Virus record (IMG/VR): IMGVR_UViG_3300023213_000324
Coordinates: 1 to 57,841 of that record
Reading direction: 5' to 3' (one strand)
DNA: 57,841 nt
From: a virus
Taxonomy: Duplodnaviria; Caudoviricetes
Positions 37,810 through 47,756 of the stretch are shown here, piece by piece. How positions within the stretch are numbered: position 1 is the stretch's first letter; every line of letters begins with the position of its first letter. The notes under the pieces are model-generated. The model saw only the letters and a list, made by a program, of their open reading frames with translations, was not told the origin of the DNA and made no database searches. The translations under genes were made by a program, and so were the position numbers.

Positions 37810-38277
37810 ATGAGTACAACTGTAATATCCCCAAATGTAGCTGTGGGGCAACAATCCACAATACCGGCTGCACCTGTTGTTCATGCTAGTTGGTGGTCAA
37901 AGGCCGGTACTTGGCTTTTGAAAATCGGTCATGCTATCAAGCATGGTCTTGGTTTGGCTGTCGCAACAGCTCCAAAAATTGCGACAGCTATCAATACCAT
38001 TGCTCCAACGATTGAAGCTGTCAGCGACATGGTTGTTCCGGGAAGTGGGACGTTTGAAGCACATCTTTTGGATGTGTATGGGTATGTTGCTAAAGCCGTT
38101 TCTGATGCAGGCGCCGCTGCAACGGCTGTTACTATCAATACTCCGGCAGGGTCGTTAGCACTTGACCAACAGCTTGTGAGCGACATTAAGAATTTTCTAC
38201 CGTCGGTACAAGCGTATATGCATCCTGCTGCAAATGCTTCTGCTGCTCCTTCGGCTACTCCGACGTCTTCGAAGTGA
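37810..38277 (+). CDS. Ala-rich hypothetical protein
   Basis: GAGGAG RBS; 155 aa. Confidence 0.65.
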   Translation: MSTTVISPNVAVGQQSTIPAAPVVHASWWSKAGTWLLKIGHAIKHGLGLAVATAPKIATAINTIAPTIEAVSDMVVPGSGTFEAHLLDVYGYVAKAVSDAGAAATAVTINTPAGSLALDQQLVSDIKNFLPSVQAYMHPAANASAAPSATPTSSK

Positions 38278-38290
38278 GTTTGTTTTGTTG

Positions 38291-38337
38291 TCGGAGCGGA
38301 TAGTCGAAGAAAAGTTATCCGCTCCGATTATGTTTTT
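38291..38337 (+). terminator. Putative intrinsic terminator hairpin
   Basis: TCGGAGCGGATA (38291-38302) / TATCCGCTCCGA (38316-38327), followed by TTATGTTTTT. Confidence 0.65.
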
Positions 38338-38353
38338 AAGGAGGGTCTAGTCG

Positions 38354-38752
38354 ATGGGTGAGGTAAAAGATCAACCCAGAAAAAGAGAATATCTTCCGCC
38401 TTTGCAGCATACCACCATTGGGACTTTGTTGTCTCAGGGTCAGGATGCCATAAAGATGATTGCTAGTTCGCATGGTCACTCGATGATTGCTGGGACATCT
38501 GGTACCGTCGAAGAAAATTCAGCTCAAGCCGCAAGTATTAGAGCCTCCGTTGCTGCTAAAGAGATTCGTAGTAAGATGCCCAGAGAGCTTACCAGGATTC
38601 GTAGGGGTGGGAGGTATTGGCATACATCCCGTCACGTCAAGGTCACTGTGGTTGAGTGCTCTGTTGATAAGACAGCTATGGGTTTGGTACGCCATCTTGT
38701 AGTTGATGAGGATGGAAATGAGTTCAAAGCCGTAGAAGCGAATCTTGAGTGA
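38354..38752 (+). CDS. Hypothetical protein
   Basis: AAGGAGG RBS. Confidence 0.65.
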   Translation: MGEVKDQPRKREYLPPLQHTTIGTLLSQGQDAIKMIASSHGHSMIAGTSGTVEENSAQAASIRASVAAKEIRSKMPRELTRIRRGGRYWHTSRHVKVTVVECSVDKTAMGLVRHLVVDEDGNEFKAVEANLE

Positions 38753-38753
38753 A

Positions 38754-38764
38754 TTTTGTACAAT
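38754..38764 (+). promoter_or_regulatory. TTTTGTACAAT promoter-like motif
   Basis: Recurrent intergenic motif. Confidence 0.55.
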
Positions 38765-38782
38765 AAGGGATAAGGTGCTTTT

Positions 38783-39037
38783 ATGTTGTATGATGTTTGC
38801 GACGACTATGGTATATGGGTCGTCACTGAAGGCGTTAGATATCTAACTGAAGAGGCAGCACAAGACGAGTGTAATCGTCGTAATCATAAAGAGGGCTCAG
38901 CTGATGTGAACGGCGAGTTGAAATCTGTTATGACTGAAGCTGATGAAGACTTGTGGCGGAAATATCATCTAACACATTCTGATTGTACATGCCAGAAGAA
39001 GTCTGTTGGTCAAGTTAACAGAGAGTTGGCGAATTGA
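38783..39037 (+). CDS. Hypothetical protein
   Basis: 84 aa ORF. Confidence 0.55.
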   Translation: MLYDVCDDYGIWVVTEGVRYLTEEAAQDECNRRNHKEGSADVNGELKSVMTEADEDLWRKYHLTHSDCTCQKKSVGQVNRELAN

Positions 39038-39432
39038 AAAAGAAAAGAAAAGTCGGAAATACTGCTGCAAGGTCGATGGCCTGGTTGAGGAAGTTGGGCT
39101 ATCTTGTTGCCAAGGTCGAGAAGTTCAATTCGTTTATAAAGATAAGGCAAGACATGTTTGGTTTTGCTGACATAGTTGCTATTCGAACTGATAAGTTCGG
39201 TGTTTTGGCGATTCAGACCACGCATGTGAATTTCACCGACGATCATATCGAGTTACTACGGAAGTTGCCTGTTGTCAAAGTGTGGTTGGATGCTAAGAAT
39301 AGAATTTGGCTTATAGGCTGGGGTAAGTTCTGGAATCCTGCTGGTACTAGAAAAATATGGGCCCCATCTGTAGTTGATGTTTCACTAAGTACGAAGAACA
39401 GACTTATGTTCAAGCCACTGAAAGGAAGTTGA
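39034..39432 (+). CDS. PD-(D/E)xK nuclease, Holliday-junction resolvase-like
   Basis: LRKLGYLVAKVE...DMFGFADIVAI...LAIQTT. Confidence 0.7.
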   Translation: MKKKRKVGNTAARSMAWLRKLGYLVAKVEKFNSFIKIRQDMFGFADIVAIRTDKFGVLAIQTTHVNFTDDHIELLRKLPVVKVWLDAKNRIWLIGWGKFWNPAGTRKIWAPSVVDVSLSTKNRLMFKPLKGS

Positions 39433-40034
39433 ATAGAATGAAGATATCGAAGGAGTTTGGTTTTGAGGCAAGTCACATTCTGTTACGCCATCACGGTAAA
39501 TGTTCAAGATTGCATGGTCACAGTTGGCGTATACAGGTAGAAGTAGAGGGTGATGTTCGTAAAGACAGTCAGTTTGTTCTGGACTATGCCGATTTGTCTA
39601 AGTTAGTAGAACCAATCGTAGATAGATTTGACCATCAGCACTTGAATTTCTACATACAGTATCCTTCTGCTGAGAATATTGCTTTGCATATTGCACATGA
39701 ATTAAGGTTGCCGTTGTCTGGTATGGATAGGCTGATTGTGCGAGTTTCCGAGACAGCCAAGACGTGGGCTGTTTGGGATTCTGGTCGAACAGCCGATTTG
39801 AGGATGTTGGAAGATCCATCAGAAGGAAATCAGTGGCGGGCCCCGCGACAAGAGAGAGTCATAACCGATTTGGGTCTTGCTAGAGAAAAGATTCAGAGAC
39901 TGAGTAAGTTAGCCTCTACTAGTTTGGATATCTATACGCAGTACATGACTGAAGCGGCATCCTTGCAAATGTACATTGACTCGCTTGACTTTAATCCCGA
40001 GATTCCGGGTAAAGAGAAAGAGAGTATACATTAA
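39429..40034 (+). CDS. queD: 6-carboxy-5,6,7,8-tetrahydropterin synthase
   Basis: FEASH...GKCSRLHGHSW...DHQHLN...PSAENIA...VSET. Confidence 0.92.
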   Translation: MNRMKISKEFGFEASHILLRHHGKCSRLHGHSWRIQVEVEGDVRKDSQFVLDYADLSKLVEPIVDRFDHQHLNFYIQYPSAENIALHIAHELRLPLSGMDRLIVRVSETAKTWAVWDSGRTADLRMLEDPSEGNQWRAPRQERVITDLGLAREKIQRLSKLASTSLDIYTQYMTEAASLQMYIDSLDFNPEIPGKEKESIH

Positions 40035-40049
40035 AGAGGCGTATGCTTT

Positions 40050-40502
40050 ATGCGTGAGGTTGTTGGGAACTTGTGGCACTATTGGAAGAAACCAAAGACT
40101 GTGATTTTAGTAACTACGAATGGTACAGTGCGATCGGATGGACATCTTGTCATGGGTCGTGGTTGTGCTCTTGAAGCTAAGCAGAGAATATTTGGGCTTT
40201 CGAAGGGTCTGGGTTCGGTTGTTTTAAGAAGTGGAAATAAGATTTATCCGTATCGAGAAAACAAAAAAATCAGACTACTGACGTTTCCTGTAAAGCATAA
40301 CTGGTGGGAGACGGCGGACTTGAAGTTGATAAAGAAGTCTGCTTCGGATTTGCGAAGGATAGTTTTGGCCAATCCACATACGACGTTTGTTTTGCCCAGA
40401 CCGGGTTGTGGGAATGGGGAGCTAAAATGGGAGACGGTGAAAAAAGTAATCGAACAGATACTGGACATGGAAAACTTGTTGGTGATCTCAAAGCCGAACT
40501 AG
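40050..40502 (+). CDS. Macro-domain (ADP-ribose binding/hydrolase) protein
   Basis: TTNG...VMGRGCALEAK...FPVKHNW...LPRPGCGNGELKW. Confidence 0.85.
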   Translation: MREVVGNLWHYWKKPKTVILVTTNGTVRSDGHLVMGRGCALEAKQRIFGLSKGLGSVVLRSGNKIYPYRENKKIRLLTFPVKHNWWETADLKLIKKSASDLRRIVLANPHTTFVLPRPGCGNGELKWETVKKVIEQILDMENLLVISKPN

Positions 40503-40769
40503 AATATGTTTGTTCGGTTTGTAGACAGCCTGTGAGTAATCCAGTTAGAGTTGGAACAGAGCTGGCTGTTTCTTGTAAAAATTGTGGTGGAAGACTTCGC
40601 AAAGCGATACCGAGGACTTGATGCCTAAAGGTAGTTTGCATGAAGAACGTATTTCAGCGCTTCGCACCAATTATGGTTTGAAGTTGAAAGTGCTTTTTGG
40701 GAAAGACCTACAGGACATAGGTGTTCTGGATGCGCGTCAAAAGGTCTCTGTGATAGGAAGGAAGGTGCA

Positions 40770-41811
40770 ATGACGATGCTGCCAGCAGTTGCTTTTCTTC
40801 CGGCATCGATTAGTCGATGCATGTGCCCTTTATCGATTTTTCATACCGCATTTGCATACTCCGAATTCGATGTTTCACTTCCGAGAAGGTGCTCTGGATA
40901 TGTCGCCGTTTTCTCATTGTCGTGTAGTCGCTGTGCAGCGTCTTTGTACAAGAGAAAACTACGACGCGATAATACACATGAAGAAATCGGGCATGAAAAT
41001 AGTTTACGATTTGGATGATAATCTATGGTCGGTACCTACCTACAATCCTGCTCATAGGATTTTTCGGCAGATGGAGAGTGGTTTTCGTTTTTGTGCTGTA
41101 GAGTGTGATGTAATTACTGTCTCGACGGAGCCACTTAGGATTGCTGTTTTCAAGGCTTTGTCGAAGAACAAACATACCAAGAAGATGCCGCCTATAGAGG
41201 TGATTAACAATTCGATGGACTTTACTTGGATGTCGCCTGTTCCAGAAGAGTACAGAAAGAAGAGAGAAGGAAAAGTTGTTATTGGCTGGGCTGGAACGAA
41301 TACCCATCTGGGCGATGTAGGAAGAGTGTTCAATCTGATACCTAAAATTCTTGAGCGTGTTGAGAACCTTTACTTTGAGTTTGTTGGTTTGCCACCGCCT
41401 GATGTTCTTAAGAATCATCCTAGGGTAAGGCAAAGAGATTTCGTACCGATTGCTGAATTTCCCCTCCGGTGGGCTTCTTGGCAATGGGACGCTTCGATAG
41501 CGCCACTTGACGATAATAAGTTCAATGATTCAAAGTCCAATATAAAGATGTTAGAAGCAGCTGCAATGAGTATTCCATGTCTGGTTTCATCGTCGTCTCC
41601 TGCTTATGAGAGTTTTTGTAAGCATAGCCAGTTGTTAGTTAGACATTGTTTGTGCGATAGTACGAATGATTGGGAAAAGAAATTAGTTGCTATAGCTTCT
41701 GATTATGGCTTGCGTGAAGTCGTTGGGAAAGAGATGCGTGTAGTCGGAGAGAAATTCAATGCTGAGATTGTGAGTAAGAAATGGCACAGCTTATTTTCTG
41801 GTTTGGTTTGA
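40770..41811 (+). CDS. GT4-like glycosyltransferase; start possibly frameshifted near 40805-40820
   Basis: DACALYR, VYDLDDNLW, IGWAGTNTH, FNDSKSNIKMLEAA; strong RBS sits before out-of-frame ATG 40770. Confidence 0.8.
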
Positions 41812-42104
41812 AAGATTTAGTTTGGTTAGTCATAGTCGTATCGATTATTGTTCTGGTCTATGTGGGCTGGTTGTGGTTCGATTCATATACCGAAGTAAAA
41901 GGCGCACCACGTCAAGATATGCATTTGTGCCCAAAGCATGGTTTCATTTCAGCAAGCTCTCTGATACGGTTTTCCGAGAAGATGGATATAGGTACGGGTA
42001 GATATGATAAAGATGGCGTTGAGATAACCGAAAGAAAAGAAGTGGTGTATTGTCCTTTGTGCTTTCATGAAAATATGCAGAAAGCTGAAGGAGTTGGTAG
42101 GTGA
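41808..42104 (+). CDS. Membrane-anchored Zn-binding hypothetical protein
   Basis: TM; CPKHG...CPLC. Confidence 0.55.
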   Translation: MKDLVWLVIVVSIIVLVYVGWLWFDSYTEVKGAPRQDMHLCPKHGFISASSLIRFSEKMDIGTGRYDKDGVEITERKEVVYCPLCFHENMQKAEGVGR

Positions 42105-42940
42105 TAGGTAAAGACAAAGTTCTGATTATCATGCCCGAGTATTTCGAAGATTTTCTGTGGGCTCTTCCTGTGGGACAGACATACCTTATGTATGGTGAGT
42201 GGAAGTTGGATAGAATGTCTGAGTGTGTTGTTGTTTGTAAAGAAGAGTACAAGTTTCTCGCCAAGATGGCGTTTCCACTTTCCAATATTTGTTGTAGTGT
42301 AGATAGAGAGAGTCTAGATTTGTTTGACGTAGTGATAGCTTTTGACAGAGAGAAAGCTATCAGGATTGGGTGTGTAGCGAAGCTTCATGCTGTGGTTTGT
42401 TATGGGATATCTTGCGGTGCCAATTCCGGCGCGTTCCTGCCTACAATAGGACAGAAGCTGACTTACGACGATTTGAAGATTGTGTTCGTACAGCGTTCAG
42501 TTATGGATTACAAGGGGCTTGATTACCAGTATCCGTTCAACAAAAACAGGTATATTTTTGAGAAAGCTTTTGCTGGTGCACACCTTTTTGAAATGCCATC
42601 GGATACGCCAGTGGACGTTGCTTATGAAGAACTGAGCTCTGCTGCTTTTGTTTTTGGCGTTGTAGGTGGTTATTCTTTGCTCGCTGCTTCGATGCAAAAA
42701 CCCGTACTGGAAATCTATCCTGAAAAGAGTCTTGTGTATAGAGAGTGGGGCGCGAAGTGGTCTAATTCCATGTACAAAGTGATTCCAGCCGAGATAGAAC
42801 AGGTGGCACCGGAGTTTTTGGCTTCGACGCTTGATAGATTCATAGGCGAGCTCTCAAAGAGGGGGAACAAATGGCGTTCACTGACAACCCTTCCTTCTAC
42901 CGACCGGGCGGGCGAGCGCTTAATTCAGATGGAAGCATAA
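42101..42940 (+). CDS. Divergent GT9-like glycosyltransferase
   Basis: LIIMPEYFEDFLWALP; LLAASMQKPVLEIYP. Confidence 0.6.
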   Translation: MIGKDKVLIIMPEYFEDFLWALPVGQTYLMYGEWKLDRMSECVVVCKEEYKFLAKMAFPLSNICCSVDRESLDLFDVVIAFDREKAIRIGCVAKLHAVVCYGISCGANSGAFLPTIGQKLTYDDLKIVFVQRSVMDYKGLDYQYPFNKNRYIFEKAFAGAHLFEMPSDTPVDVAYEELSSAAFVFGVVGGYSLLAASMQKPVLEIYPEKSLVYREWGAKWSNSMYKVIPAEIEQVAPEFLASTLDRFIGELSKRGNKWRSLTTLPSTDRAGERLIQMEA

Positions 42941-43230
42941 CCATTGTTTGTAGTTTGTGCGAGCGTCCGATAATGAGGAATCGGTATCAGGGCTTCTCAA
43001 CTGCTGTACATTCCAGATGCGATAAATTGTATAATGATGGTATGACGCCTGAAGAGATTCAAACTCTTATGGCCAAAGAGGAAAGTCAGGAAGAAGTAGT
43101 GAGAAAAGTTGTTGATGATTTGGGTTCTGGTATGTTTAGAGCTTCGGGTATGAAAAAGAAAGTGAAAGAAGTAATGGAGGCGATTCGTGAACGAGTTACA
43201 AGAAAACGTCGAAACATCCTTAAAGATTAG
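42871..43230 (+). CDS. Hypothetical protein
   Basis: 119 aa; GAGGGGG RBS. Confidence 0.6.
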   Translation: MAFTDNPSFYRPGGRALNSDGSITIVCSLCERPIMRNRYQGFSTAVHSRCDKLYNDGMTPEEIQTLMAKEESQEEVVRKVVDDLGSGMFRASGMKKKVKEVMEAIRERVTRKRRNILKD

Positions 43231-43942
43231 TGACAAGAAGTATCCGGTAGCTGAGATTTTCACCTCACCGCAGGGTGAAGGGTTGTATACCGGAACTTTG
43301 ATGACATTTATTCGTCTCGCTGGCTGTTCTGTTGGAAAAAAGTTTCCAACAGAAATGTATCATGATACTGATTTTCCGGTTTATCTTGAGCAATGCACGA
43401 CGTATGACGGAAGGGCGTTTTGTTGTGATACAGATTTTAGAACAAAGAGTGTAATGAGTTTAAAAGACATCATGAAGCAAATTCCAGATGATGTTGTTCA
43501 TGTTTGTATAACTGGTGGTGAGCCATTAATTCATGATTTGTCGCCATTGATTGCGTTTCTTATTGCTCGACAGACTAATGCGAAAGTGTATGGTCCGTTT
43601 ATCCATATAGAGACGTCTGGTACTGTTTCTTTGTCGTCATATATTGCTGAATGTATAGAAAACGGAATAATTTGGTTGACAGTAAGCCCAAAGCTGGGAG
43701 TATTGCCTGATGTTCTAGACTTGGCTGATGAAGTTAAGCTTTTGGTGGATGATGATTTTGATGAAAGTAAACTTCCAGTGGGCAAGTGGCAAGATAAAGT
43801 TGGGACTATTGTTTGGATTCAGCCGATCAATGGTGAGAAGTCGATACACGCACGGAATATGGGAAAAGTTTTGGGGCTCCAGAAGAGACATTCTCTTTGG
43901 CGTATCTCCAGCCAGATGCATAAGATTTGGAGTGTTCGTTGA
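43187..43942 (+). CDS. queE: 7-carboxy-7-deazaguanine synthase (radical SAM)
   Basis: EIFTSPQGEG...FIRLAGC...CDTDF...CITGGEPL...IETSG...TVSPK...QMHKIW. Confidence 0.9.
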   Translation: MNELQENVETSLKISDKKYPVAEIFTSPQGEGLYTGTLMTFIRLAGCSVGKKFPTEMYHDTDFPVYLEQCTTYDGRAFCCDTDFRTKSVMSLKDIMKQIPDDVVHVCITGGEPLIHDLSPLIAFLIARQTNAKVYGPFIHIETSGTVSLSSYIAECIENGIIWLTVSPKLGVLPDVLDLADEVKLLVDDDFDESKLPVGKWQDKVGTIVWIQPINGEKSIHARNMGKVLGLQKRHSLWRISSQMHKIWSVR

Positions 43943-43943
43943 T

Positions 43944-44228
43944 ATGGCTACAGAGACACGTATTTTCACTTGTACGAATTGTAAGAAAGAAGTCCTTGTC
44001 GAGCTTCCTGCCTTTGAGGTTGTAAACGGAAAATTTGTTTCTGCTGTGTTTTTTGCCCACCCGAAGCCTGATGTTTGTAATCATTGTGGGCAGACGTTTT
44101 TGTTTGCTATAAATAAGCAGGCCGCAGTGAATGTTAATTTTGCTTGGTATCCTATCGTTGTAGAAAAAGAGCAAGAATCAAACATTATTCTGCCACCATC
44201 GAATGTTGATAAAAAGAAATTCATGTGA
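43944..44228 (+). CDS. Zn-ribbon hypothetical protein
   Basis: CTNC...CNHC. Confidence 0.6.
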   Translation: MATETRIFTCTNCKKEVLVELPAFEVVNGKFVSAVFFAHPKPDVCNHCGQTFLFAINKQAAVNVNFAWYPIVVEKEQESNIILPPSNVDKKKFM

Positions 44229-44236
44229 GGTGAAGG

Positions 44237-44824
44237 ATGTCGTTGTATAGAACACGCCAAGTAGATTTGAAGAATAAGATAGCAGAATTGGTCAGGAAGG
44301 CTTACGACGAATGTGGTGTATCTGTAGGTTTGCTAAAAAACACCTATCTTGTACGGGTTTTGCCGAAAGAGCAGAGATCTGGAAATGTCATAATACCAGA
44401 CTTGGATGGCCCGGGAAAACAGAACAAACCATTGTATGAGGCTGTTGTGCTTGCTGTTTATGAGTCGTATACAGTTGATGAGTGGATAAAGAATAGTTAC
44501 AAACAAACAGAAAGTGAGCCTGATTGGGTCTGTAAACGTTATTGGGTCGAACCAGCTTGTAAAGTAAATGACCATATCTTGTTTCAGCATTGGGAAGGTA
44601 TTCCTGTGCCACCATTAGATATGGGAATTGGCGAGTACAGGATTCTGAAAGAGCACATGATTGTAGCGATCGTCACGTACGATAGAGAGAAAATAGAAGA
44701 CGAATTGCATGCTTTGTTTGGTGAACGAGTTTTGTTGCAAGTCGATGAAGTTGTTAAAAGCATACTTAGTAAGTACGATGTCATTCCAAAAAATTTATCA
44801 TGCAAAACTTTGTCGGGGGCTTAG
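44237..44824 (+). CDS. GroES/Cpn10-like co-chaperonin with extensions
   Basis: LVRVLPKEQRSGNVIIPD...AVVLAV...KVNDHILF...YRILKEHMIVAIV. Confidence 0.75.
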   Translation: MSLYRTRQVDLKNKIAELVRKAYDECGVSVGLLKNTYLVRVLPKEQRSGNVIIPDLDGPGKQNKPLYEAVVLAVYESYTVDEWIKNSYKQTESEPDWVCKRYWVEPACKVNDHILFQHWEGIPVPPLDMGIGEYRILKEHMIVAIVTYDREKIEDELHALFGERVLLQVDEVVKSILSKYDVIPKNLSCKTLSGA

Positions 44825-47743
44825 ATGGCTACAGCCCCTGCGGGCTTTGTAAGCAAAACGAAGACGCTAAACAAACCAGACCCAGTATTGTGCCGAGAGC
44901 AGTTGGAAGCTCTTAACATACTCTGGAAAGCCTGGGGCCCTGAAGTCTTTTGTCGATTTTTTGTTAGTATCCTTCTAAAGAAACCTGTCCAGAGAACTAT
45001 TTCCGGAAAAATCGTAAATACCAGACTTGTTCCGTATACGTACCACCGTATCAACAAAGATATGGAGAAGACGTTTACGAAGCGGAATATCACTCTGAAG
45101 CCTCGTCAGATTGGCGCTACGACGTACCACATCATCCGTCGTTTGTATCTGCCAACAATACTCGAGATGGGGACTTCGTCGTTGTTGATTTCTCAGACGA
45201 AGTCTTACGGCTTGCAACATTTCGCTATTCTGTCGCGTGCCCATAAACATTTCATGCAGCATCTGCCGATGGGCATGTCTCATCTGAACGATATCGCTGA
45301 AGAGCTTCATAGGAATTTGTTACACACTCAGTATTCTCCACGACATGAGCTGGTGTTTGATTTTCTCGATAGTCGGATACTTGTCGATTGTCTTGGTCCA
45401 AATACTTTTGTACAGATGGGTGATGGTGAGTTGAAGAAAATATGTGAAGTTAAAGTAGGAGATTGGGTGTCGTCTTCTAAGGGCTACAAGACGAGAGTTA
45501 GTTGGGTTGGTTCGAAAGATGCTGAAGACCATCAATATAAAGGTCAGGCTTATAGAGTAGAAGTTAGACATCACACAGGTTTTGATGTAATTTGTAGTCC
45601 AAATCATAAGTTCTTGACTCAGCGAGGTTTGGTTAAGGCTAAAGATTTGTTAGTCGAAAAAGATTTTTTGGCTATACCCAAGAAGAAGTTTACTGGAATT
45701 GTTAAGTGTTTAAAATTAAATCAGCTACAACGTTTGCCTGGAAGTGGTAGTGGTTCTCAGCCAGTTAGGGTGAAAGAAGACTTTGAGCTTAATAGAGAAA
45801 CTGGTTTTGCTTGTGGTTTGTATTTGGCAGAAGGAACAATGAATGCGAATAGACCAATTGGTTTTGGATTTTGTCTAGCTGGAGAAAGTGAGATTGCCTT
45901 GTTTAAGAGGGCAGCTAAAGCATTTCGACCTTATCTGGTTGGTGTGAAAACTTATAGATATCATCGTGGGCCAAAGAAGATAATTTTCAGCTGTACTGGA
46001 AAGGTGTTTACTGAGTGGTTAAAACAGAATATTGGTTGCAAAAAAAACAAACATGTTCCTGACTGGATATGGGATTCGCCAAAAGATTTTGCTATCGGGT
46101 TTCTTGAAGGATGGCTTTGCGGAGATGGGGGAGTTGGTTGTAGAGGAAGAAGCGTAACAGGAGTTTCTATTCTTTCTCGTGTAGCAGTAGTTATGAGAGA
46201 TGTGGCTATAGCTCTTGGTCTTGGTGGAATCGGATTACTTTATCAGAAGTTAAGGCGCAGAGAAGTAGTTATGCCTGACGGACATATTGCTCGTATGTAT
46301 CCGAATAGGTTTGAAGTTAGAATAATTGGCGTTTCGATGGATAGGTTGATGTCGCTTGTAGGTGGTAAGAGGCTTAGTGGAAAGTATAGTTATAAGTCTT
46401 ATGTCTCTAAAAAGAAAGTTCAACCATCGCCAAAATATTGGTTTGAAGATGAACAGTTTGTTTATTTTAGGTTGAAATCAGTTTCGAAAACTTTTTGTAA
46501 GAAGTTTTGGGATTTGACGGTAGAGAACCCAGAACATTTGTACAGATTGCCATTTGCTGTAACGCACAATACTTCCGAGAATCCTGAGGTGGGTCAAGGG
46601 TTACCGGGTATTAGCCATCTTGTCTGTACGGAGATGTCGAGGTGGAAAGTCGGGCCACTCCATAGTCCTGAAGAGGCTATGGCCAACGTGAAAGAATCTG
46701 TTCACAGTGAAGGTACAGTTGACATTGAATGTACGGCTAATGGTATGGGTGGTTATTTCTTTGAAGAGTGGCAGAGAGCCAAAAACGGTGGCGAGTTCGT
46801 ACCGCATTTTTACCAGTGGTGGTTCATGGAGGAGTATGAAGAGCGAAATACGAAGCTGACCTATTCCGAGCTTGATGATAGAGAGAAAGAGTTAGTCAAG
46901 CAAGCCAATCTGACTTTGGGCCAATTGTCATGGCGAAGAGGAAAGGTAATCTCACTACGTCATAATTTTCCTGAAAAATATCCCGAGGATGACATGCTGT
47001 GCTTTTTGACGACAGGGTCTGGTTTCTTTGAGAGAGATATTTTGGCTAGAAAGAAACTGGAACTGATGAACCAGAAGCCTATTGAAGTTCATGGTAATGG
47101 TGATTATGTTGTTTACAAGCGCAGAGTGAAGGGCAGAAGGTATGTAATCGGTGCTGATTGTTGTGAAGGTAAAGAAGTATCAGAAGGTAATTCTGACTTT
47201 AATGCTGCAGTTGTTCTTGATGAAGAGACTGGTGAAGAGATGGCTGCCTATCGTTCAAAACTTCCACCTGAAGATTACGGTGTAGAGTTGGTTGATATAG
47301 CTAGAGAGTACAACAATGCCTTGCTTGGTATTGAGAGAAACAATCATGGTGGAACGGTGCTGTTGGTAGTTCAAAGGCAATGTATGTACGGGAACATTTA
47401 CTATCACAAGGAATGGTTCAGGGAGAGAAAGCAGGTAGTTGAAGTTGCTGGGTTCCCCACAAACCAACGTACACGACCAATCGCTCTGAATAAATGTGCC
47501 GCATGGGTCAGAGACGTTCCTGAGCTGATTCACGATACTACGTTTGTTGATGAAGCACTTGTTTTTGTGCGTGATAAGAAAACCGGGAAGCCACAAGCAC
47601 AAGCTGGCTGCCATGATGATACTGTAATGGCGAGGGCTGTGGCAACTTACATTCGTCTTGTAAAGTTGGGTTATCTCGACCCCATCGAATCCCCATCTGA
47701 AAAGTATGGTGAAACTGAGGCCGAAGAAGATAAGGCTGCCTAG
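44825..47743 (+). CDS. terL: Terminase large subunit containing an intein
   Basis: LKPRQIGATT Walker A, ECTANG motif III, IGAD...D.NA RNase H-like domain, ERNNHG, HDDTVMA. Confidence 0.93.
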   Translation: MATAPAGFVSKTKTLNKPDPVLCREQLEALNILWKAWGPEVFCRFFVSILLKKPVQRTISGKIVNTRLVPYTYHRINKDMEKTFTKRNITLKPRQIGATTYHIIRRLYLPTILEMGTSSLLISQTKSYGLQHFAILSRAHKHFMQHLPMGMSHLNDIAEELHRNLLHTQYSPRHELVFDFLDSRILVDCLGPNTFVQMGDGELKKICEVKVGDWVSSSKGYKTRVSWVGSKDAEDHQYKGQAYRVEVRHHTGFDVICSPNHKFLTQRGLVKAKDLLVEKDFLAIPKKKFTGIVKCLKLNQLQRLPGSGSGSQPVRVKEDFELNRETGFACGLYLAEGTMNANRPIGFGFCLAGESEIALFKRAAKAFRPYLVGVKTYRYHRGPKKIIFSCTGKVFTEWLKQNIGCKKNKHVPDWIWDSPKDFAIGFLEGWLCGDGGVGCRGRSVTGVSILSRVAVVMRDVAIALGLGGIGLLYQKLRRREVVMPDGHIARMYPNRFEVRIIGVSMDRLMSLVGGKRLSGKYSYKSYVSKKKVQPSPKYWFEDEQFVYFRLKSVSKTFCKKFWDLTVENPEHLYRLPFAVTHNTSENPEVGQGLPGISHLVCTEMSRWKVGPLHSPEEAMANVKESVHSEGTVDIECTANGMGGYFFEEWQRAKNGGEFVPHFYQWWFMEEYEERNTKLTYSELDDREKELVKQANLTLGQLSWRRGKVISLRHNFPEKYPEDDMLCFLTTGSGFFERDILARKKLELMNQKPIEVHGNGDYVVYKRRVKGRRYVIGADCCEGKEVSEGNSDFNAAVVLDEETGEEMAAYRSKLPPEDYGVELVDIAREYNNALLGIERNNHGGTVLLVVQRQCMYGNIYYHKEWFRERKQVVEVAGFPTNQRTRPIALNKCAAWVRDVPELIHDTTFVDEALVFVRDKKTGKPQAQAGCHDDTVMARAVATYIRLVKLGYLDPIESPSEKYGETEAEEDKAA
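45389..46570 (+). mobile_element. Intein with LAGLIDADG homing endonuclease in TerL (394 aa)
   Basis: N-junction LVD|CLGPNT; CSPNHKF; GLYLAEG and GWLCGDG; C-junction WDLTV...VTHN|T. Confidence 0.92.
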
Positions 47744-47756
47744 CTGAAAATAGTAC

